From contig NC_092345.1 in assembly GCF_963676685.1 (NCBI RefSeq), positions 22,258,001 to 22,322,000 on the forward strand: a DNA stretch of 64,000 bases, read 5' to 3'. Shown piece after piece: positions 63,312 through 64,000 of the stretch. The notes beneath the pieces were generated by a model. It was not told the origin of the DNA. It was given only the letters and a program-made list of their open reading frames with translations, and ran no database searches. The translations under genes and the position numbers were made by a program. This stretch comes from Mytilus edulis (Eukaryota). Position 1 is the stretch's first letter. Each line of letters begins with the position of its first letter.

Positions 63312-64000
63312 CTGAAAAGAAACAAGTTCAGCTATAGAAAGAAGTAAAAAAAGTGACAACATATGAACAGATAACAATGTACAAAAGTCAATCCCCCTGC
63401 CCTACTCCAGAATTGTGAATTTTTGTCGAAAAAAAATAACTCCTTTTCTTAGGTAACATTTTTTTACTAGGTAAATGTATTACATGTATGAGGCAATTTA
63501 TGTTTTTATAGTGTGTTTCTAAATGTTAATTAATCCTATAAAAACACAAAAAACTAAAATAAAACATGACTTTTTTTGTGTGAACTCTGTCTGACAGACA
63601 TGTATAATTTGTAAGGATCCCATAATAATATACCAAATACAGTGATTCTATTATTCATACATCAACTTTTTCTGCTTTTTAAAATAAAAAGATTTATAAA
63701 TAGTGCTTGAGTGCCACTAAATAAGCTTCCAAATTGTCTCATATTTATTAGGTTTTGTCTCCATTTTGACAAAACTCCAGAAGTAGAGACAGAAACCAAC
63801 TTATTTTCAACAGAAATTATTTTATATTCCCCTAAAAAAATTAACAAAACTTTCCTGACTTTTAGCAGATAAACATGCATATGTTCCAGACCATATGAGT
63901 ATTTGGACCGTACGCGTACGGTCGGACCGTATGAGTATACACGTACGGTCCAGTATGAGCTGACCATACATGTTATTTGATCATATGGGTTAAATTGAAA

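Noticed and set aside
1-64000. tRNA or rRNA genes
   Set aside because: No cloverleaf with A/B boxes and no rRNA-like conserved sequence recognised by eye.

Overview
AT-rich eukaryotic genomic DNA with spliceosomal introns. The repeat families and gene types suggest a bivalve mollusc, probably a Mytilus-type mussel (inference, not a database result). Genes left to right: the 3' part of a Mab-21/cGAS-like receptor with a TPR-like tail; three paralogous MFSD4/NaGLT1-type (FucP/FHS-family) MFS sugar transporters with identical exon architecture (two on +, one on -); a RING/coiled-coil/NHL-propeller TRIM-like E3 ligase (-); an intact, intron-containing, Bacteroidetes-like anhydro-N-acetylmuramic acid kinase (anmK) head-to-head with the TRIM gene across a ~40 x 35-bp minisatellite; and the last four exons of an unidentified gene (-). 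The rest is dense with MITEs, Helentron/HINE-like elements, a decayed LINE, Penelope-like fragments and hammerhead-ribozyme retrozyme copies. Top findings: (1) an apparently domesticated bacterial peptidoglycan-recycling kinase in an animal genome; (2) its neighbourhood of sugar permeases and innate-immune-type genes, a candidate muramyl-sugar uptake, phosphorylation and sensing or salvage module; (3) a MITE inside a coding exon that can be spliced out in frame, i.e. introner-like intron gain; (4) retrozyme hammerheads. All coordinates were read by hand, and repeat boundaries are approximate unless a target-site duplication (TSD) is given.
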